DNA from: Squalus acanthias
Taxonomy: Eukaryota
Assembly (NCBI GenBank): GCA_030390025.1
Contig: CM059432.1
Coordinates: 103,418,001 to 103,482,000 of the forward strand
Direction: 5' to 3'
DNA: 64,000 bases
The position numbers and the translations under genes are program-made. The stretch's first letter is position 1, and every line of letters starts with the position of its first letter. Of the stretch, positions 60,820-64,000 are shown one piece after another. The notes under the pieces are model-generated. The model had not been told where the DNA came from. It did not search any database and worked only from the letters and a program-made list of their open reading frames with translations.

Positions 60820-61400
60820 CTACTTGACCAGTTTCAACTTTGACCTTCTGTTCGGCCCAGAACTGAGTTTCAAACCTCATATCCTATTCATCAACCAGGC
60901 CACTTACTTCCAGATCTGCAACATTGAAAACCTCGGTCACTACCGTACCTCCATTGCTGCTGGACACCTGACCCATTGCTTTTTCATCACCAGATGTGAC
61001 TTATGCAATGCCCTCGTTGCTAGCCTCACAACCTTCACCTTTCATTCATTTCAAATGATCCAAAACTCCATTACCTGCATCCTGTCACGCACTAAGACAT
61101 GCTGGCCCATCACACCTGTACTTAATGACCTACATTGGCTCCCTAACAGATCAAATTTTAAATAACTAGTTATCATCTACAATCCCTCCATGGGTCAAAA
61201 TTGCTCTATGGCCTTGCTCCCCTCTACTTCTGCAATCTTCTCCAGCCTCATGTGCCTCCTGTTCTCTGACTCGAGCCTATTTTGGTGATAAAGCCTTCAG
61301 CTGTCTTGACCCTACTTTCTGAAACTCCCTTCCAAAACCCTTGCTCCTCGCTACCTCTCTTCCCACCTTTAAAGGCCTTTCCAACCAAGCTTTTGGTCAT
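60820..61400 (+). mobile_element. Old L2 LINE 3' fragment
   Basis: ORF 60824-61165 (FITRCDLCNAL...IQNS...PITPVLNDLHWLP) is homologous to 402-1019. Confidence 0.82.
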
Positions 61401-61493
61401 TTCTCCTGACCCTCCTGCAAAGGCTTGGTGTCCTCTATGAAGCAGCTCAAAATGTTGTACCATGATAAAAGCAAGATTTTTACTGTATGAAAC

Positions 61494-61897
61494 AGAAGAA
61501 AGAACTTGCAATTATATAGCTCCTTTCTTGACCTCAGGACATCCTCACTTTACAACCAATGAAATACTTTTGAAATGTAGTCACTGTTCTAATGTAGGAA
61601 ACGCAGCAGCCATTTGCGCACAGCAAGGTGCCACGAACAGCAATTTGATAATGACCAGATAATCTGTTTTAATATTGGCCAGGGCACCGTGGAGAACTCC
61701 CCAGCTCTTCTTTTAATACTGCCATGGGATCTTTTACGCAATGATTTAACATCTCATCTGAAAGACAGTATTCCCAATAGTTCAGCACTCCCTCAGTACT
61801 GCACCGAAGTGTTAGACTAGATTATGTGCTTAAGTCTCTTGAGTGGGATTTTAACCCACTACCTTCTGACTCAGAGTGCTACCACTGAGCCAAGGCT
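61494..61897 (-). mobile_element. Diverged Deu-domain SINE
   Basis: Reverse complement of the 39843 SINE, including the head (gctaccactgagcca). Confidence 0.82.
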
Positions 61898-62734
61898 TAC
61901 ACCCTCTATTTTAACAGAGGCACCAACCTCTTTTAAAATGAGTTAACGCTTCTGTTAAAATTGCAGACTGAGGAATTTCATATGAACATGTAAAGTGGTC
62001 ATATGCTAATATTGCACAGCGTGAAAGTCCATTACTCATTCTTCTTCTCCCCCCATGCCTCTTGGTTCCTCCCTTGCCCCTGCATGATTAGTTTCAGTCA
62101 CTGAGGAAAAAATGAAATACTAAAGATTCGATAAGAATAATGTTTTAGTGTTTATTCTTTTGAGATTTTAAAGTTAGATTATTTGATTTTTGCATGCCAG
62201 AAAACAAGATTTTAGAACTCATCATTTTCTGCAGTTTTGTAGGGCCATTGGAGCTCAAACTGTGACATTAGTTTGACATCACCATCACATTACATAATTG
62301 ATGATGACTATTTAGAAACTTTTGTTAAACTTCACAGGCCTACCTTTAAACAAAATGGGGCCTGCTACAAATATTTTATTCAACATGACAATTCCATACC
62401 AAATAAATTTCCATTTCATGTCATTTTGACATCAGTTTTTCGCATTATATTGAATGTGGGTTATAAACCAACTAGACTGAGCAAAATGATTTGCACCACA
62501 CACACAATGCACATCAAAGCTGTGCTGAAAGATTTTAGTTAATATGAAAACATTGTAAGCTTTTTTACTTTCCTGATTTTACAGACACAGAAGAAGAATG
62601 AAACCATTGCTCTTTAATGATATATTAGGTTCAAGATTTGTAGTCTGATCAATTTTTGTATGCATATGTGAATCAATTATGGCCTCATTCTATCCTATTT
62701 CTAGGTCCCAGAGCCAGGGAAACAATAATAATGG

Positions 62735-62900
62735 TAGTGACACAGTAGAGTAGTCTAGTTGCCTTTTCATTGCAACCCGAGTTCAAGTCCACGCTAGCTT
62801 CACAAATGAAAATGCCTTCTTTCTGCTGACTGTAACGTGCTAAGTGGAATGAGCCTGGGCAGTCTCAACCCAGTCCTAATGAAGAAGAGTGGAAGTATAA
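62735..62900 (+). mobile_element. Very old tRNA-derived SINE remnant, possibly LF-SINE-related
   Basis: B-box-like gagttcaagtcc followed by aatgagcctgggcagtctcaacccagtcctaatg, resembling the LF-SINE body as I recall it. Confidence 0.35.
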
Positions 62901-64000
62901 CCAACAAAGTTACAGGGAAATGCCAGATTGGATTGAAAACGGTGCATGCAGTCTGGGAAAAGAGGAAATATTAGAATACCTCTATAACTGCAGTACCGTT
63001 GAAACACAAATAAAAGTTTTAAAATTATCTCTTAAATGTGCGCTATAACTCGAGATATACTTCAACATGGCCAACAATGGGTCATCTAGTTTCTCATATT
63101 TGAAATATTTATAACATCTCATTGCTTCCCAAGGCAGATCATCTGTATGTATAGAAGAAAGCACTCTTATCTTTGAAAGACTATTATGCACAGCCGCCAC
63201 TTAGTTCTCCTTCCAGGTATACAACATCTGTTGGATAATACCAGATAGTGTAGTTCATTTCATGAAAAATGTAATTTATGATTGGTACAAACTATGGAAA
63301 TATTGTATTAAATTAAAATAGTTTTGTATTTTTCAGAACAATTATAGTTTAGCCTGAAGATGCAAATTTTAAACAAGTGCAGGTTCTATAACTCTTCAGA
63401 ACACATCTCCATTCATTTCCTTTATAAATGCGTCCTTCTTTTACCAAGAGAACTTAACCATTTAAAAAAAAACTAATGTTATTTACAGTTCTAAATGGCT
63501 GAATTAGTAGACAGTGAAGTTAGATTTTAACTTCAGTGACAGTCCACTATAACAAAGTTAAATTGCAGATAATAGTGCTATGCACTTTGACGAAACATTA
63601 AAAATTCATGAGTACAAAGCAACTACATCAAGTGATATACAATATCCTCATGTTGTTTGTAGCTAAGCAATTCTGAGGCTCTGAATTGTGAAACTCTAAT
63701 GCCACAGTATAAATGGAGGCTATTCTGAATGAATTCAGAATTGTACTCTTAAAATTACATACTCCACTGTTCACAAAGAAGCAGGAAAACAGTGATTTTT
63801 TAAAAATTCATATACAAATCTTTGGGAGAATTAGATACATCTTATAATAGAAAAGGGTTACCCTCAGACTTTTTTTTCATTTCTATAAATACATTTTTAA
63901 AATTAAAACATGTTAATAAATGGTCACAAAATTAATATACTGTAAACTGATTTTTAAAAATTTGACGGTCTTTCTTTAGAAATGGTGTGCTCACCAAAAA

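Overview
This is vertebrate nuclear DNA, most likely from a shark or other cartilaginous fish, judging by the repeat repertoire (CR1, L2, tRNA-headed Deu-domain SINEs, Penelope hammerhead repeats). The only host gene I can support is TRPS1 on the minus strand. Its 123-bp GATA zinc-finger exon lies at 60059-60181 and is missed by the ORF track. A 22.3-kb intron separates it from the last coding exon (36665-37729), which is followed by a probably long 3' UTR. Most of the rest is deeply nested transposable elements. These include many CR1 copies (one near full length), L2, an RTE with a 5' inversion, two long solo LTRs, Gypsy remnants and a truncated env-bearing retrovirus. DNA transposons include a complete but frameshifted PIF/Harbinger element with a related MITE, and hAT elements with perfect 8-bp TSDs. 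Three Penelope-type repeats carry minimal hammerhead ribozymes. I found no clearly new biological system; the best leads are listed under findings. Family names come from motif recognition and recalled consensus features, not database searches, and boundaries without a stated TSD or TIR are approximate.
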